Shown here: positions 48,917 to 59,312 of the stretch, piece after piece
Position numbering within the stretch: the first letter of the stretch is position 1
Layout: each line of letters starts with the position of its first letter
Source of the DNA: Bacteroidales bacterium
GTDB taxonomy: Bacteria > Bacteroidota > Bacteroidia > Bacteroidales > UBA1715
DNA: 64,000 nt
Direction: 5' to 3'
NCBI GenBank assembly: GCA_024409235.1
Contig: JAKSUA010000012.1
Span: forward strand, 918 to 64,917
The notes under the pieces: generated by a model
What the model was told of the DNA's origin: nothing
Database searches by the model: none
The model's input: the letters and a program-made list of their open reading frames with translations, nothing else
Position numbers and translations under genes: made by a program

Positions 48917-49750
48917 ATGAAAAAAATTGGTTTGTTTATTATCGGAATTGCTTTCACATCAGCTTTGTTTGCTCAAGCAAGTGAATATCCTGATAGTCCA
49001 TATGATAAACCTCATATGAATGACAGAAAGCCTGCTGTTATGCAGCAAATTCGTTATGCAGATGTTATGTGGTCAAAACAAATAGAACGCACATTGCCTC
49101 TTCGTGAAAAAATGAATCATCCGTTATATTTCCCAAATAACGAAACTGGAAGAATCGGAACTCGTTTTAGTTTAACTGCATTAACAATTGATGCAATTGA
49201 GAAAGGTTATTTGTTCGCTTATGATCCAATGAGTGATGGGGCTGTTCCTATTACACAAGATGATTTCAGAACAAAGTTGGGTGCAAGCGTTGATACTATT
49301 TATCTAGAAAATGAAGATGGTACAGAAACTGCAAAAGCTATTGAAAATCAAATGCAACCAAACTCTGTAAAATTCTTGATTTTAAAAGAAGAATGGGTAT
49401 TTGATAAACAACGTTCTGTAATGGATCCTCGTATTATGTGGATTACAGCACTTCGTGAGTTTGAAAAAGATGGTGAGATTCGTAAATCATTGCCTTATAA
49501 GATTTATTATCCTGCTGCTCAACCTATTTTAGCAAGAAATGAATCTTTCAATCCTAATAGCGATGGTGATCAAAAATCATTCTATGATTTATTCCAAAAA
49601 CGTTATTTCAGTAGTTTCATTTCTCGTGAAAGCAATGTTTTCAATAACCGTGAAGTAAGTTCTTATAAATTTGGTATAGAACAATTATATGAAGCAGAAC
49701 GTATAAAAACGTTTATCTTCAACTTCGAACATGATTTATGGGAATATTAA
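48917..49750 (+). CDS. gldN: T9SS protein GldN/PorN
   Basis: DVMWSK, NHPLYFP, KEEWVFDK, FEHDLWEY. Confidence 0.93.
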   Translation: MKKIGLFIIGIAFTSALFAQASEYPDSPYDKPHMNDRKPAVMQQIRYADVMWSKQIERTLPLREKMNHPLYFPNNETGRIGTRFSLTALTIDAIEKGYLFAYDPMSDGAVPITQDDFRTKLGASVDTIYLENEDGTETAKAIENQMQPNSVKFLILKEEWVFDKQRSVMDPRIMWITALREFEKDGEIRKSLPYKIYYPAAQPILARNESFNPNSDGDQKSFYDLFQKRYFSSFISRESNVFNNREVSSYKFGIEQLYEAERIKTFIFNFEHDLWEY

Positions 49751-49771
49751 ACATCTTATTGTTAATAATTA

Positions 49772-49810
49772 TAGAGGGCTTACCAATTTAGGTGAGCCCT
49801 CTTTTTTTAT
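49772..49810 (+). terminator. Terminator of the por/gld operon
   Basis: AGAGGGCTTACC-aattta-GGTGAGCCCTCT plus T run. Confidence 0.8.
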
Positions 49811-49830
49811 ATTTGTGGCAAATAATAATT

Positions 49831-51039
49831 ATGAGAAAGATTTTCCGCTTTTTTTGTGTACTTTTTTCCTCTTGCATTGTGATCTCATGTAGTGAAAACA
49901 CTACTAAAGATACTGGTGAAATTACTGAAGAGATTGAAAAGGATATTTTTATGTATAATATCCGTATAAATGATTTTGATGTTGTTGTTGATACAGTAAA
50001 ACGAGGTGAAAATGTTACTACGCTATTTTTGAATGCTGGTGTTGATGTGAAAACATGCAACGCTCTTTTAAAACAGTCTGATACAATCTATGATATCAAG
50101 AAAAAATTGAAGCTTCGGCCTTATACTAAAATGTTTTCGGATAGTCGTCTCCAGTATTTGATATATGAATATAGTGACGAAAATTATTTGGTATATGATT
50201 TAACGGATTCAATTCCTCGAGCATATAAAGGACAAAAGGAAGTTTCTTATAGAGAATGTAAAGCAAAAGGTGAAATAAAAACGTCTTTATGGAATGCTTT
50301 AATTGATAATGGACTGAGTCCTAATTTAGCTATGACATTATCGGATGTTTATGCTTGGTCAATTGATTTCTTTGGCTTACAGAAAGGTGATTATTTCAAG
50401 GTTGTGTATGTAGAAAAATATATTGATTCCTTACCTGCTGGTTTGGAAGAAGTAAAGTATGCTGTGTTTAATCATATGGGACAGGATTGTTATGCCATTC
50501 CTTTTGAACAAGATGGTGTGCGTCAGTATTTTGATATTGATGGTAAATCAACTCGAAAAGTATTCTTGAAGGCTCCCCTGAAATATTCTCGAATCAGTTC
50601 ATATTTCACTAATTCAAGAAAACATCCTGTTTTAAAGATAGTTCGTCCGCATCATGGAGTGGATTATGCAGCACCGGTTGGAACTCCTGTACATACTATT
50701 GGTGATGGTGTGGTTATAAAAAAAGGATATTCTGGTGGAGCGGGAAATATGGTTACAATAAAACATGTACATTCATATACGACATCATACATGCATCGAT
50801 CGAAATATGCAAAAGGTATAAATGTTGGTAGTCGTGTTCATCAAGGGCAGGTGATAGGTTATGTTGGAAGTACAGGTTTGTCAACTGGGCCGCATTTGGA
50901 TTTTAGGGTTTATAAAAACGGTACACCAATTAATCCATTAAAAATGGTTTCTCCTCCTACTAGTCCAGTTAAAGAAAAGGATATGCCAATGTTTCGAGCT
51001 GTAGCCGACAGTTTGTCGAAAATATTGTCTGAAATTTAA
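49831..51039 (+). CDS. M23 family peptidoglycan DD-metalloendopeptidase (lipoprotein)
   Basis: HHGVDYAAP, STGPHLDF; lipobox VISC; ATG 49831. Confidence 0.9.
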   Translation: MRKIFRFFCVLFSSCIVISCSENTTKDTGEITEEIEKDIFMYNIRINDFDVVVDTVKRGENVTTLFLNAGVDVKTCNALLKQSDTIYDIKKKLKLRPYTKMFSDSRLQYLIYEYSDENYLVYDLTDSIPRAYKGQKEVSYRECKAKGEIKTSLWNALIDNGLSPNLAMTLSDVYAWSIDFFGLQKGDYFKVVYVEKYIDSLPAGLEEVKYAVFNHMGQDCYAIPFEQDGVRQYFDIDGKSTRKVFLKAPLKYSRISSYFTNSRKHPVLKIVRPHHGVDYAAPVGTPVHTIGDGVVIKKGYSGGAGNMVTIKHVHSYTTSYMHRSKYAKGINVGSRVHQGQVIGYVGSTGLSTGPHLDFRVYKNGTPINPLKMVSPPTSPVKEKDMPMFRAVADSLSKILSEI

Positions 51040-51049
51040 CAAATAGAAA

Positions 51050-53461
51050 ATGGAAGAGTTATTGTCTGAGTTAAATAATAGTCAGTTAGATGCTGTTCGG
51101 AATGTCGAAGGACCTTGTTTGGTAATTGCAGGTGCGGGTTCAGGAAAAACAAGAGTCTTAACTTATCGAATTGCTTATTTGTTGTCGCAAGGAGTTCCTG
51201 CATATAATATTTTGGCTCTAACTTTTACCAATAAGGCTGCCTTAGAAATGAAAGAACGTGTGGCTCGTTTGGTGGGAGAAGATGTGGCGCGTGACTTATA
51301 TATGGGAACATTTCACTCAATTTTTGCAAAAATATTGAGAATTGAATCAAATTCCCTTCCTGGTTATGATTCAAATTATTCGATTTTAGATACAGAAGAT
51401 GTAAAGAAACTGATTTCTCAAATTGTTACTTCACTTGGTTTAGATAAGGACACTTATAAAGCAGCAAAAGTTGCTGGAATAATATCAAAAGCAAAAAACG
51501 ACTTGATACCAGCTGATATGTATGAGTCTTCTGGTATGTGGCAGTATGATCGAATGAATGGAATGCCGGCTGTCGTTAACATCTATAAAGAATATGTTGT
51601 AGCTTGTAGAAAATCAAATGCAATGGATTTTGATGATTTGTTGTTAATGACAAATCTTTTGTTTAGAAATAATCCTGCGGTATTGGAAAAATACCAGCGT
51701 TTATTTCGATATATCTTGGTTGATGAGTATCAGGATACAAATAGCTGTCAGTATCATATTATCAAAAAACTAGCATTACCGGAAAATAATTTGTGTGTGG
51801 TTGGTGATGATGCACAAAGTATTTATTCATTCCGTGGTGCAAAAATTGAAAATATTTTAAGTTTTAGTCAGGACTATAAAAATTATCGATTGTTTAAGTT
51901 GGAACAGAATTACCGTTCAACCCAGATAATCGTAAATGCTGCTAATAGTTTAATTCAGAAAAATAAACGTCAGATACCAAAGAAAACGTTTTCTGAACAA
52001 GAAATTGGAGATAAAATTGCATTGCTAGAATCTTCTACCGATGCAGAAGAAGGTTTTAAAGTTGCAACGTTAATTTCTGATTTAATACAAAAAGGAGAAA
52101 ATTATTCTGATTGTGCTATATTGTATAGAACAAATGCTCAGTCTCGTATTATAGAAGAAGCACTAAATAAGAAAAGAATTCCGTGTAAAATTGTAAAAGG
52201 AACATCATTCTTTCAACGAAAGGAAATCAAGGATGTGCTTTCGTACGTTCGTGTTGTTATTAATCCTCAAGACGAGATAGCGTTGGAAAGAATTATTAAT
52301 TATCCTGCACGAAGTATAGGGAACACAACGATAGAAAAATTATCTGCCTTAGCAAAGGCAAATAATCTCGGAGTATGGGAGGTTATGACAAAGATTGAAT
52401 ATTCAGGTGATTTATTTTCTTCTTCAACAAAAACGAAAATAAAGGATTTTGTTGCAATGATGCAGGAATTTATGGCAGATGAACATGAAGCAGATGCATA
52501 TTCATTGATGAATAGAATTGTTGAGAAAATTAATTTCCAGGAAGCTTTAAATAAAGAATATTCAAAAGAGGATGCACAAGATAGATATGAAAATATCATG
52601 GAATTGTTGAATGGAGCAAAAGAGTTTGTAGAAAACGAAATTGACCCTGAAGCAATATTCCTTCATAATTATGTAGAGAAAATCGCGCTGTTGACAGATA
52701 TAGATGAGGAAGAAATGGATAATCCAAATAAAGTTTTGTTGATGACGGTGCATGCTGCCAAAGGGCTTGAGTTTAAACATTGTTTTATTGTAGGAATGGA
52801 GGAGTCTGTTTTTCCTTCTACAATGAGTTCTGATAGTCAGCAGAATATTGAAGAAGAACGACGTTTGTTTTATGTTGCTTTAACACGGGCAATGAAAACA
52901 GCTACACTTTCTTATGCTTTGACTCGAAGAAAATGGGGAAATCTAAATGCTTCGCAGCCAAGTAGATTCTTGTCCGAAATAGACCAAAGTTTTGTAAGTG
53001 GGCAAGTACGAAGTTCTTTCGCTTCGTCGGCAGGAAATTCAGGTTCTCAGTTTTCGGGTTTTTCGCAGAGAAAACAGTTTTCTGGTTTTGCAAACCAACA
53101 AAGTGGATTTTCGTCATTTGGACAGAAATCATCAAGCATAAGTTATAATTCTCAAAAACAACAAGGATTTACTAATTCAGTAATATCTAAACCAAAGGCT
53201 CAATTTTCAGGTTATCAGGGAGATGCGGGAAAACCTTTTACTCATTTTAATGAAAAACAACCGCAACCAAATTTGATAACACCTAGTAATCCAAACGATA
53301 TTCAGGTTGCTCAACGTGTTGCTCATGCGAAGTTTGGATATGGTATTGTAAAAGAAAAGATGGGTGAAGATGCAAATTTGGCAGTTATTATAGCATTTGA
53401 AAATTGGGGAGAAAAGAAGTTGCTTTTAAAATTTGCAAAACTTCAAATTGTTGAAAATTAA
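51050..53461 (+). CDS. uvrD: UvrD/PcrA SF1 DNA helicase
   Basis: AGAGSGKT, DEYQD, EQNYRST, TVHAAKGLEF, EERRLFYVA; C-terminal Tudor-like HAKFG. Confidence 0.95.
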   Translation: MEELLSELNNSQLDAVRNVEGPCLVIAGAGSGKTRVLTYRIAYLLSQGVPAYNILALTFTNKAALEMKERVARLVGEDVARDLYMGTFHSIFAKILRIESNSLPGYDSNYSILDTEDVKKLISQIVTSLGLDKDTYKAAKVAGIISKAKNDLIPADMYESSGMWQYDRMNGMPAVVNIYKEYVVACRKSNAMDFDDLLLMTNLLFRNNPAVLEKYQRLFRYILVDEYQDTNSCQYHIIKKLALPENNLCVVGDDAQSIYSFRGAKIENILSFSQDYKNYRLFKLEQNYRSTQIIVNAANSLIQKNKRQIPKKTFSEQEIGDKIALLESSTDAEEGFKVATLISDLIQKGENYSDCAILYRTNAQSRIIEEALNKKRIPCKIVKGTSFFQRKEIKDVLSYVRVVINPQDEIALERIINYPARSIGNTTIEKLSALAKANNLGVWEVMTKIEYSGDLFSSSTKTKIKDFVAMMQEFMADEHEADAYSLMNRIVEKINFQEALNKEYSKEDAQDRYENIMELLNGAKEFVENEIDPEAIFLHNYVEKIALLTDIDEEEMDNPNKVLLMTVHAAKGLEFKHCFIVGMEESVFPSTMSSDSQQNIEEERRLFYVALTRAMKTATLSYALTRRKWGNLNASQPSRFLSEIDQSFVSGQVRSSFASSAGNSGSQFSGFSQRKQFSGFANQQSGFSSFGQKSSSISYNSQKQQGFTNSVISKPKAQFSGYQGDAGKPFTHFNEKQPQPNLITPSNPNDIQVAQRVAHAKFGYGIVKEKMGEDANLAVIIAFENWGEKKLLLKFAKLQIVEN

Positions 53462-53492
53462 ATTATTAAATTTGACAAAATTAAAAACTGAC

Positions 53493-54131
53493 ATGGAATA
53501 TAATACGACCAAACAGCCATTGATTTTACCAGAATATGGCAGAAATGTGCAAATGATGGCTGACCATTTGTTGACTATTCAAGATAAGGAGAAAAGAACT
53601 GAGGCTGCGAAAGAACTTGTGTCTATCATGATCAATATGAATTCTTCGGTTCGTGAAACAAAGGATTACAAGCAGAAAATGTGGGATTTTCTTGCCCAAT
53701 TATGTGATTATAAATTAGATGTTGATTTTCCTTTTCCGATAACAAAAGCAACAGAATTGCCTCGTCCGGAAAATATGGACTATAATCAAAATGAAATACG
53801 TTTTCGTCATTATGGTTATACGGTGGAACGAATGATTAAAGCTGCTGTAGAATTAGAGGATGGAGAAGAAAAAAACATCTTGATTCGGATGATTGCAAAT
53901 AATATGAAAAGAAATTATGTTGTTTGGAATCAAAAATCTGTTACAGATGAGATTATTGTAAATGACTTGAACCGACTTTCACAAGGTCGTTTAAAATTGT
54001 CAGAAGATGTTCGCTTGATGAATGTTAATGTTCAAAATCCACAACAAGGCGGCAATAAGAAAAACAACAATTTTAAGAGAAATAATCAAGGAAAGAAGAA
54101 TAGAAACAATAATAAAAATAAACAAAATTAG
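53493..54131 (+). CDS. DUF4290 family protein
   Basis: MEYNT..L.LPEYGRNVQ, FRHYG; Asn/Lys-rich tail; upstream of murA. Confidence 0.88.
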   Translation: MEYNTTKQPLILPEYGRNVQMMADHLLTIQDKEKRTEAAKELVSIMINMNSSVRETKDYKQKMWDFLAQLCDYKLDVDFPFPITKATELPRPENMDYNQNEIRFRHYGYTVERMIKAAVELEDGEEKNILIRMIANNMKRNYVVWNQKSVTDEIIVNDLNRLSQGRLKLSEDVRLMNVNVQNPQQGGNKKNNNFKRNNQGKKNRNNNKNKQN

Positions 54132-54133
54132 AT

Positions 54134-55441
54134 ATGTCGGTATTTCGAATTACAGGGGGAAAGAAGTTACAAGGTGATTTGTATCCACAAGGTGCAAAAA
54201 ACGAAGCTTTGCAGGTATTGTCTGCTGTATTATTGACAAAAGAGCCTGTTGTAATAAAAAATATACCAAAGATTCGAGATGTGATGAATCTTATAGAACT
54301 GTTGATGTGCTTAGGTGTAAAAGTTACTCAGTTAAGTTCTAATGATTACATGTTTCAAGCTGACGATGTTAATTTAGATTATTTGACATCGAAAGATTTT
54401 CAGGAGAAATCAAAGACTTTACGTGGATCAATAATGTTAGTTGGTCCATTGTTGGGACGTTTTGGAAAAGGTTTTATTTCCAGCCCTGGCGGTGATAAAA
54501 TTGGCCGTCGTCGTTTGGATACACACTTTATTGGTTTTCAGAATTTAGGAGCAACTTTTGAATTCAATCAGGATACAAGTACATTTACCGTATCTTCATC
54601 TCATTTGAAAGGTACTTACATGCTACTTGACGAGGCTTCGGTTACAGGAACGGCCAATATTGTAATGGCTGCGGTAATGGCTGAGGGAACAACTACGATA
54701 TATAATGCAGCTTGTGAGCCTTATGTTCAGCAGTTGTGCAGAATGTTAAATAAAATGGGAGCTAAAATACAAGGAATAGCTTCGAATTTATTGACGATAG
54801 AAGGTGTTGAAACATTGGGTGGTTGTGAACATACTATATTACCAGACATGATAGAAGTTGGTAGTTTCATGGGATTAGCAGCTATGACAGGCTCTGAGAT
54901 AACCATAAAAAACGTGTCGTTCCCTGATTTAGGAATAATTCCTTCGGCATTTTCACGTCTTGGTGTGCAATATGAACGTAGAAACGATGATATTTATATT
55001 CCAGCGCAAGATTCTTATACAATACCTTCGTTTATAGATGGATCTATTATGAATATATCAGATGCACCATGGCCGGGTTTAACTCCTGATTTGTTGAGTG
55101 TGTTTTTAGTTGTTGCAACTCAAGCGGTAGGAAGTGTTCTTATTCATCAAAAAATGTTTGAAAGTCGCTTGTTCTTTGTTGATAAGCTAATAGACATGGG
55201 ATGTAAAATTATTTTGTGTGATCCGCATAGAGCAACAGTAATTGGTTTAGGAAATAAACAAAAGTTACGTGCAACTAACATGGCTTCTCCTGATATTCGT
55301 GCTGGAGTAGCTTTGTTGATTGCTGCTATGTCTGCTCAGGGTGTTAGTACTATTAGTAATATAGAACAAATCGATCGTGGATATCAGGATATAGATAAAC
55401 GTTTGAATGCAATAGGAGCGGAAATAATAAGAATGAATTAG
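54134..55441 (+). CDS. murA: UDP-N-acetylglucosamine 1-carboxyvinyltransferase
   Basis: GAKNEAL, PGGDKIGRR, SVTGTAN, DIRAG, IDRGY. Confidence 0.96.
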   Translation: MSVFRITGGKKLQGDLYPQGAKNEALQVLSAVLLTKEPVVIKNIPKIRDVMNLIELLMCLGVKVTQLSSNDYMFQADDVNLDYLTSKDFQEKSKTLRGSIMLVGPLLGRFGKGFISSPGGDKIGRRRLDTHFIGFQNLGATFEFNQDTSTFTVSSSHLKGTYMLLDEASVTGTANIVMAAVMAEGTTTIYNAACEPYVQQLCRMLNKMGAKIQGIASNLLTIEGVETLGGCEHTILPDMIEVGSFMGLAAMTGSEITIKNVSFPDLGIIPSAFSRLGVQYERRNDDIYIPAQDSYTIPSFIDGSIMNISDAPWPGLTPDLLSVFLVVATQAVGSVLIHQKMFESRLFFVDKLIDMGCKIILCDPHRATVIGLGNKQKLRATNMASPDIRAGVALLIAAMSAQGVSTISNIEQIDRGYQDIDKRLNAIGAEIIRMN

Positions 55442-55556
55442 AAATTTGATTTAATAGCAAAGATTTTTTCAAAAAAAATGAAGTATGCTGTTGTAATTCA
55501 AGAAAAACAATTACTTTTGCGTCTCGAATAAAGGATTTAGTGAAAAATATAGTATT

Positions 55557-55826
55557 ATGTATTTAACTACAGAAAAAACAGCTGAAATAATTAAAACTTA
55601 CGGAAAATCAGCAAATGATTCAGGTTCTACAAAATGTCAAATTGCAATCTTTACAGAAAGAATCAACGCATTGACAGAGAAAATGAAAGAAAACCACAAA
55701 GATTTCGTTACACAACGTGCTTTATTAAAGTTAGTTGGTAAAAGACGTAATTTGTTGGCTTACTTAAAGAACCACGACATAGAAGAATACCGTACTTTAA
55801 TTAAAGAATTAAATATTCGTAAGTAA
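55557..55826 (+). CDS. rpsO: 30S ribosomal protein S15
   Basis: DSGS...QIA...RI..LT, KLVGKRR.LL.YL. Confidence 0.97.
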   Translation: MYLTTEKTAEIIKTYGKSANDSGSTKCQIAIFTERINALTEKMKENHKDFVTQRALLKLVGKRRNLLAYLKNHDIEEYRTLIKELNIRK

Positions 55827-55931
55827 TATTACGATAATAAATCTATTAGTGGGAAGGCAATTTTTAAAGGTTGCCTTTTCCTATTTATAATAGGTGATAC
55901 GGATAGAATTATATACACAAAAAAATACGAT

Positions 55932-58070
55932 ATGTTACAAGTTTTAAAAAAAGTAATCACATTAAGTGATGGTCGTACTATCGAAATTGAAACTGGAAAA
56001 TTGGCAAAACAAGCTGATGGTTCAGTTGTGGTGAGAATGGGCAACACAATGCTTTTGGCTACGGTATGTAGTGCAAAAGATGCTGTTCCTGGTACTGATT
56101 TCATGCCACTTACTGTTGAGTACAAAGAAAAATTCGCTTCGTTTGGAAGATTTCCGGGTGGATTTACAAAGAGAGAAGGAAAAGCTTCAGATTATGAAAT
56201 TTTAACAGCTCGTTTGGTGGACCGTGCACTTCGTCCATTGTTCCCAGACAATTATCATGCTGAAACATTTGTGAATGTTCACTTGATTTCTGCTGATGGT
56301 AAAGACCAACCAGATGCATTGGCTGGTTTGGCTGCATCTGCAGCTTTAGCTGTTTCTGATATACCTTTTGGCGGTCCAATTTCTGAAGTTCGTGTTGCTC
56401 GTGTAGATGGTAAATTGGTTATCGATCCAACATTCGAAGAAATGGAACGTGCTGACATCGACATTATGGTTGGTGCAACATACGACAACATTTTGATGGT
56501 TGAAGGTGAAATGGATGAGGTTTCTGAAACAGAAATGTTGGAAGCTTTGAAATTTGCTCACGAGGCTATCAAACCAATGTGTGTCGCTCAAAATGAGTTA
56601 ATGGCAGAAGTTGGTAAGACTGTAAAACGTGAATATTGCCATGAAGAAAATGATGAAGCATTAAAAGAAGATGTTTGGAAAAAATGTTATGACAAAGCAT
56701 ATGCTGTTGCTGCTTCTGAAAATACAAACAAACACGAACGTGAAGCTAATTTCTCTGCAATTAAAGAAGAATATTTAGCATCAATGTCTGAAGAAGATTT
56801 GGCTGCTAAAGCTGATATGGTTAGTCGTTACTACCATGCAGTTGAAAAAGAAGCTATGCGTCGTTGTATCTTGGATGAGGGTAAACGTCTTGATGGTCGT
56901 AAGACTACAGAAATTCGTCCTATTTGGTGCGAAGTTGGTTATCTTCCAGGTCCTCACGGATCATCTATCTTCACTCGTGGTGAAACTCAATCGTTGACAA
57001 GTGTAACTCTTGGTACAAAACAAGACGAAAAAATCGTTGACGATGTTTTAGTGCAAGGAAAAGAAAGATTCTTATTACACTATAATTTCCCTCCATTCTC
57101 AACAGGTGAAGCAAAAGCTCAACGTGGTGTTGGGCGTCGTGAAATCGGTCACGGTCATTTGGCTTGGAGAGCATTGAAGAGAATGATTCCTGAAAATTAT
57201 CCATACTGCGTTCGCGTTGTTTCTGATATCATGGAATCAAATGGTTCTTCTTCTATGGCTACTGTTTGTGCTGGTACTTTGGCACTTATGGATGCTGGTG
57301 TTAAGATTAAGAAACCAGTTGCTGGTATTGCAATGGGCTTGATTACAGATAAAGGTAACGTAAAATGGTCTGTATTGTCTGATATTCTTGGTGATGAAGA
57401 TCACCTTGGTGATATGGACTTCAAAGTAACAGGTACTGCTGATGGTATTACTGCTACTCAAATGGATATCAAGGTTGACGGTTTGTCTTACGAAGTTTTG
57501 GAAAAAGCTTTGAATCAAGCAAAAGAAGGTCGCCTACATATCTTGGGTAAAATCACTGAAACTATCGCTGAACCACGTGAAGATTTGAAACCTCATGCTC
57601 CAAGAATCGAAACATTGAAGATTGGTAAAGATTTCATCGGCGCTGTTATTGGTTCAGGCGGTAAAAATATCCAAGAACTTCAAGCTCGTACGAATACAAC
57701 AATTTCTATTGAAGAAGTTGATGGCTTCGGAATCGTTGAAATTTCTGGTAACAATAAAGAAGGAATGGATGCTGCAAAAGAATACATTCTTGGTATTTCT
57801 CAAGAACCAGAAATTGGTAAAGTTTACAAAGCAAAAGTTAAATCTATCGTAGAATTTGGTGCTTTCTGTGAATTCTTACCACAAAAAGACGGTTTGTTAC
57901 ACATTTCTGAAATTGCTTGGGAACGTGTAGAAAAAGTTGGCGATTATTTGAAAGAAGGCGATACAGTCGAAGTTAAATTGATTGGTATCGAAAAAGGTAA
58001 ATTCAAATTGTCAAAAAAGGTTTTAACTGAAAGACCAGCTCGTCCAGCTAAACCAGAAGAACAAAAATAG
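55932..58070 (+). CDS. pnp: Polyribonucleotide nucleotidyltransferase
   Basis: [40 protein letters not shown]; KH and S1 domains. Confidence 0.98.
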   Translation: MLQVLKKVITLSDGRTIEIETGKLAKQADGSVVVRMGNTMLLATVCSAKDAVPGTDFMPLTVEYKEKFASFGRFPGGFTKREGKASDYEILTARLVDRALRPLFPDNYHAETFVNVHLISADGKDQPDALAGLAASAALAVSDIPFGGPISEVRVARVDGKLVIDPTFEEMERADIDIMVGATYDNILMVEGEMDEVSETEMLEALKFAHEAIKPMCVAQNELMAEVGKTVKREYCHEENDEALKEDVWKKCYDKAYAVAASENTNKHEREANFSAIKEEYLASMSEEDLAAKADMVSRYYHAVEKEAMRRCILDEGKRLDGRKTTEIRPIWCEVGYLPGPHGSSIFTRGETQSLTSVTLGTKQDEKIVDDVLVQGKERFLLHYNFPPFSTGEAKAQRGVGRREIGHGHLAWRALKRMIPENYPYCVRVVSDIMESNGSSSMATVCAGTLALMDAGVKIKKPVAGIAMGLITDKGNVKWSVLSDILGDEDHLGDMDFKVTGTADGITATQMDIKVDGLSYEVLEKALNQAKEGRLHILGKITETIAEPREDLKPHAPRIETLKIGKDFIGAVIGSGGKNIQELQARTNTTISIEEVDGFGIVEISGNNKEGMDAAKEYILGISQEPEIGKVYKAKVKSIVEFGAFCEFLPQKDGLLHISEIAWERVEKVGDYLKEGDTVEVKLIGIEKGKFKLSKKVLTERPARPAKPEEQK

Positions 58071-58086
58071 AATATTGTTCTATCTA

Positions 58087-58130
58087 TAATAAGAAAGGCT
58101 GTCAGAAATGACGGCCTTTCTTATTATTAT
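58087..58130. terminator. Bidirectional terminator
   Basis: TAATAAGAAAGGCTGTCA-gaaa-TGACGGCCTTTCTTATTA. Confidence 0.85.
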
Positions 58131-58164
58131 GATCTTGGTGTTAACCTATAAATAACCAAGTTAG

Positions 58165-59286
58165 TTAGAATTTACCACCGGCGCCACCGCCACCAAATCG
58201 TCCGCCTCCAAATCCACCGAAGCCACCTCCGCTATTGCCGCCAAATCCGGAGCCGTGATGTGAAGAACTTCTTCGTGCGGCAAGAGCCATAGCGGCAATT
58301 GCAGCCAAAGCGATGGCTGTCGCTTTTCGTATATCTTCTTCGCTGTTGCCAAATGCGCGTGCTCGTGTTTGTTTTGAATATAAGTCGTACCTGCTACGGC
58401 AATCTTGTAATTCTTGTAATGTATTGTCTTTCATCTGAAACTCTAAAGCCATAATAGAGGCTGCGCTTATTCCCATTGCAGTTGCGTTAGCCGCAATATT
58501 GCTGAAATGTTCGGGATTGCGTGCATTTCTCAATAGAGAAAACATTCTATTGGGTATTTTAGAACGTGCTTTTTCAATCTTAGATTCTTTTACCTGTAAT
58601 TCTTTTGCTTTTTCTATAGCTGTGTTTAATTCAGCCAAAGTATTTGCATTAGAAATAGCAGAGCAGGCGCGTTTCTTTTTTGAAGGGAAAATAGAATATA
58701 AAACAAAGCCAACTATGCCGGCTACGATAATGATTAGTAGAGGAGGAGTTTCTTGTGGTTGTTTGTTTTCTTTTTTTGCATTGTATTCCTCGTGATATTC
58801 TTCGTTAAGAAGAGGAACGATACGATTTACTGCAGCAACAATCGCTTGGTAATAATCGCAGTTTTCTTCTTTGAGTATCGGAAGTACATTGTTTTGAAAG
58901 ATGTTTTTACATGTAGCGTCAGTAAGCACGCCTTCAACGCCATAGCCAGTGGCAATAAAAAAATCTCCGCCACCAAATTCATTGCGTGGTTTCAATAGAA
59001 TAATGACACCATTATTTTTTTTGCTGCCAACTCCCCATGCGTCACCTAATCGTTGCGCATAGTCCGCAGCTTCGTAACCTTCTAAGTCGGAGATAGTTAC
59101 TACGCAAATTTGATTGCTTGTGCTGTCGGAAAATGCTTCTAATCGTTGCTCTAATTCGTTTACTTGAATTTCGGAGAAAAGATTTGCATAGTCGTTGACC
59201 ATTTTGTTCGTTTTCTCAGGCAAATTGAGAGAAAACGAGCAAAATGCAATACACCAAGCGAATACTATGCAGACTAATCGCTTCAA
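58165..59286 (-). CDS. TPM-domain membrane protein with Gly-rich tail
   Basis: VNDYA, QICVVT, WGVG..KNNG, IATGYGVEG.LTD; GGFGGFGGGRFGGGGAGGKF. Confidence 0.9.
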   Translation of the reverse strand: MKRLVCIVFAWCIAFCSFSLNLPEKTNKMVNDYANLFSEIQVNELEQRLEAFSDSTSNQICVVTISDLEGYEAADYAQRLGDAWGVGSKKNNGVIILLKPRNEFGGGDFFIATGYGVEGVLTDATCKNIFQNNVLPILKEENCDYYQAIVAAVNRIVPLLNEEYHEEYNAKKENKQPQETPPLLIIIVAGIVGFVLYSIFPSKKKRACSAISNANTLAELNTAIEKAKELQVKESKIEKARSKIPNRMFSLLRNARNPEHFSNIAANATAMGISAASIMALEFQMKDNTLQELQDCRSRYDLYSKQTRARAFGNSEEDIRKATAIALAAIAAMALAARRSSSHHGSGFGGNSGGGFGGFGGGRFGGGGAGGKF

Positions 59287-59312
59287 ATCAAGAATGTATG
59301 TTGGTTCGTGTA

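Noticed and set aside
50738-50747. GAGCGGGAAA identical to the tRNA-Gly 3' end (possible att copy)
   Set aside because: Only 10 bp, inside the intact M23 gene and on the wrong side of the tRNA; likely chance.
50790-50810. M23 motif reads YMHRS rather than the usual YxHLS
   Set aside because: Single substitution next to a retained His; the HxxxD motif is intact, so there is not enough evidence of altered function.
53030-53230. QFSGF-type low-complexity repeats in UvrD
   Set aside because: Variable linker before the C-terminal Tudor-like domain; ordinary for PcrA/UvrD.
54040-54131. AAC/AAT-rich repeat-like tract
   Set aside because: Encodes the Asn/Lys-rich tail usual for DUF4290 proteins.
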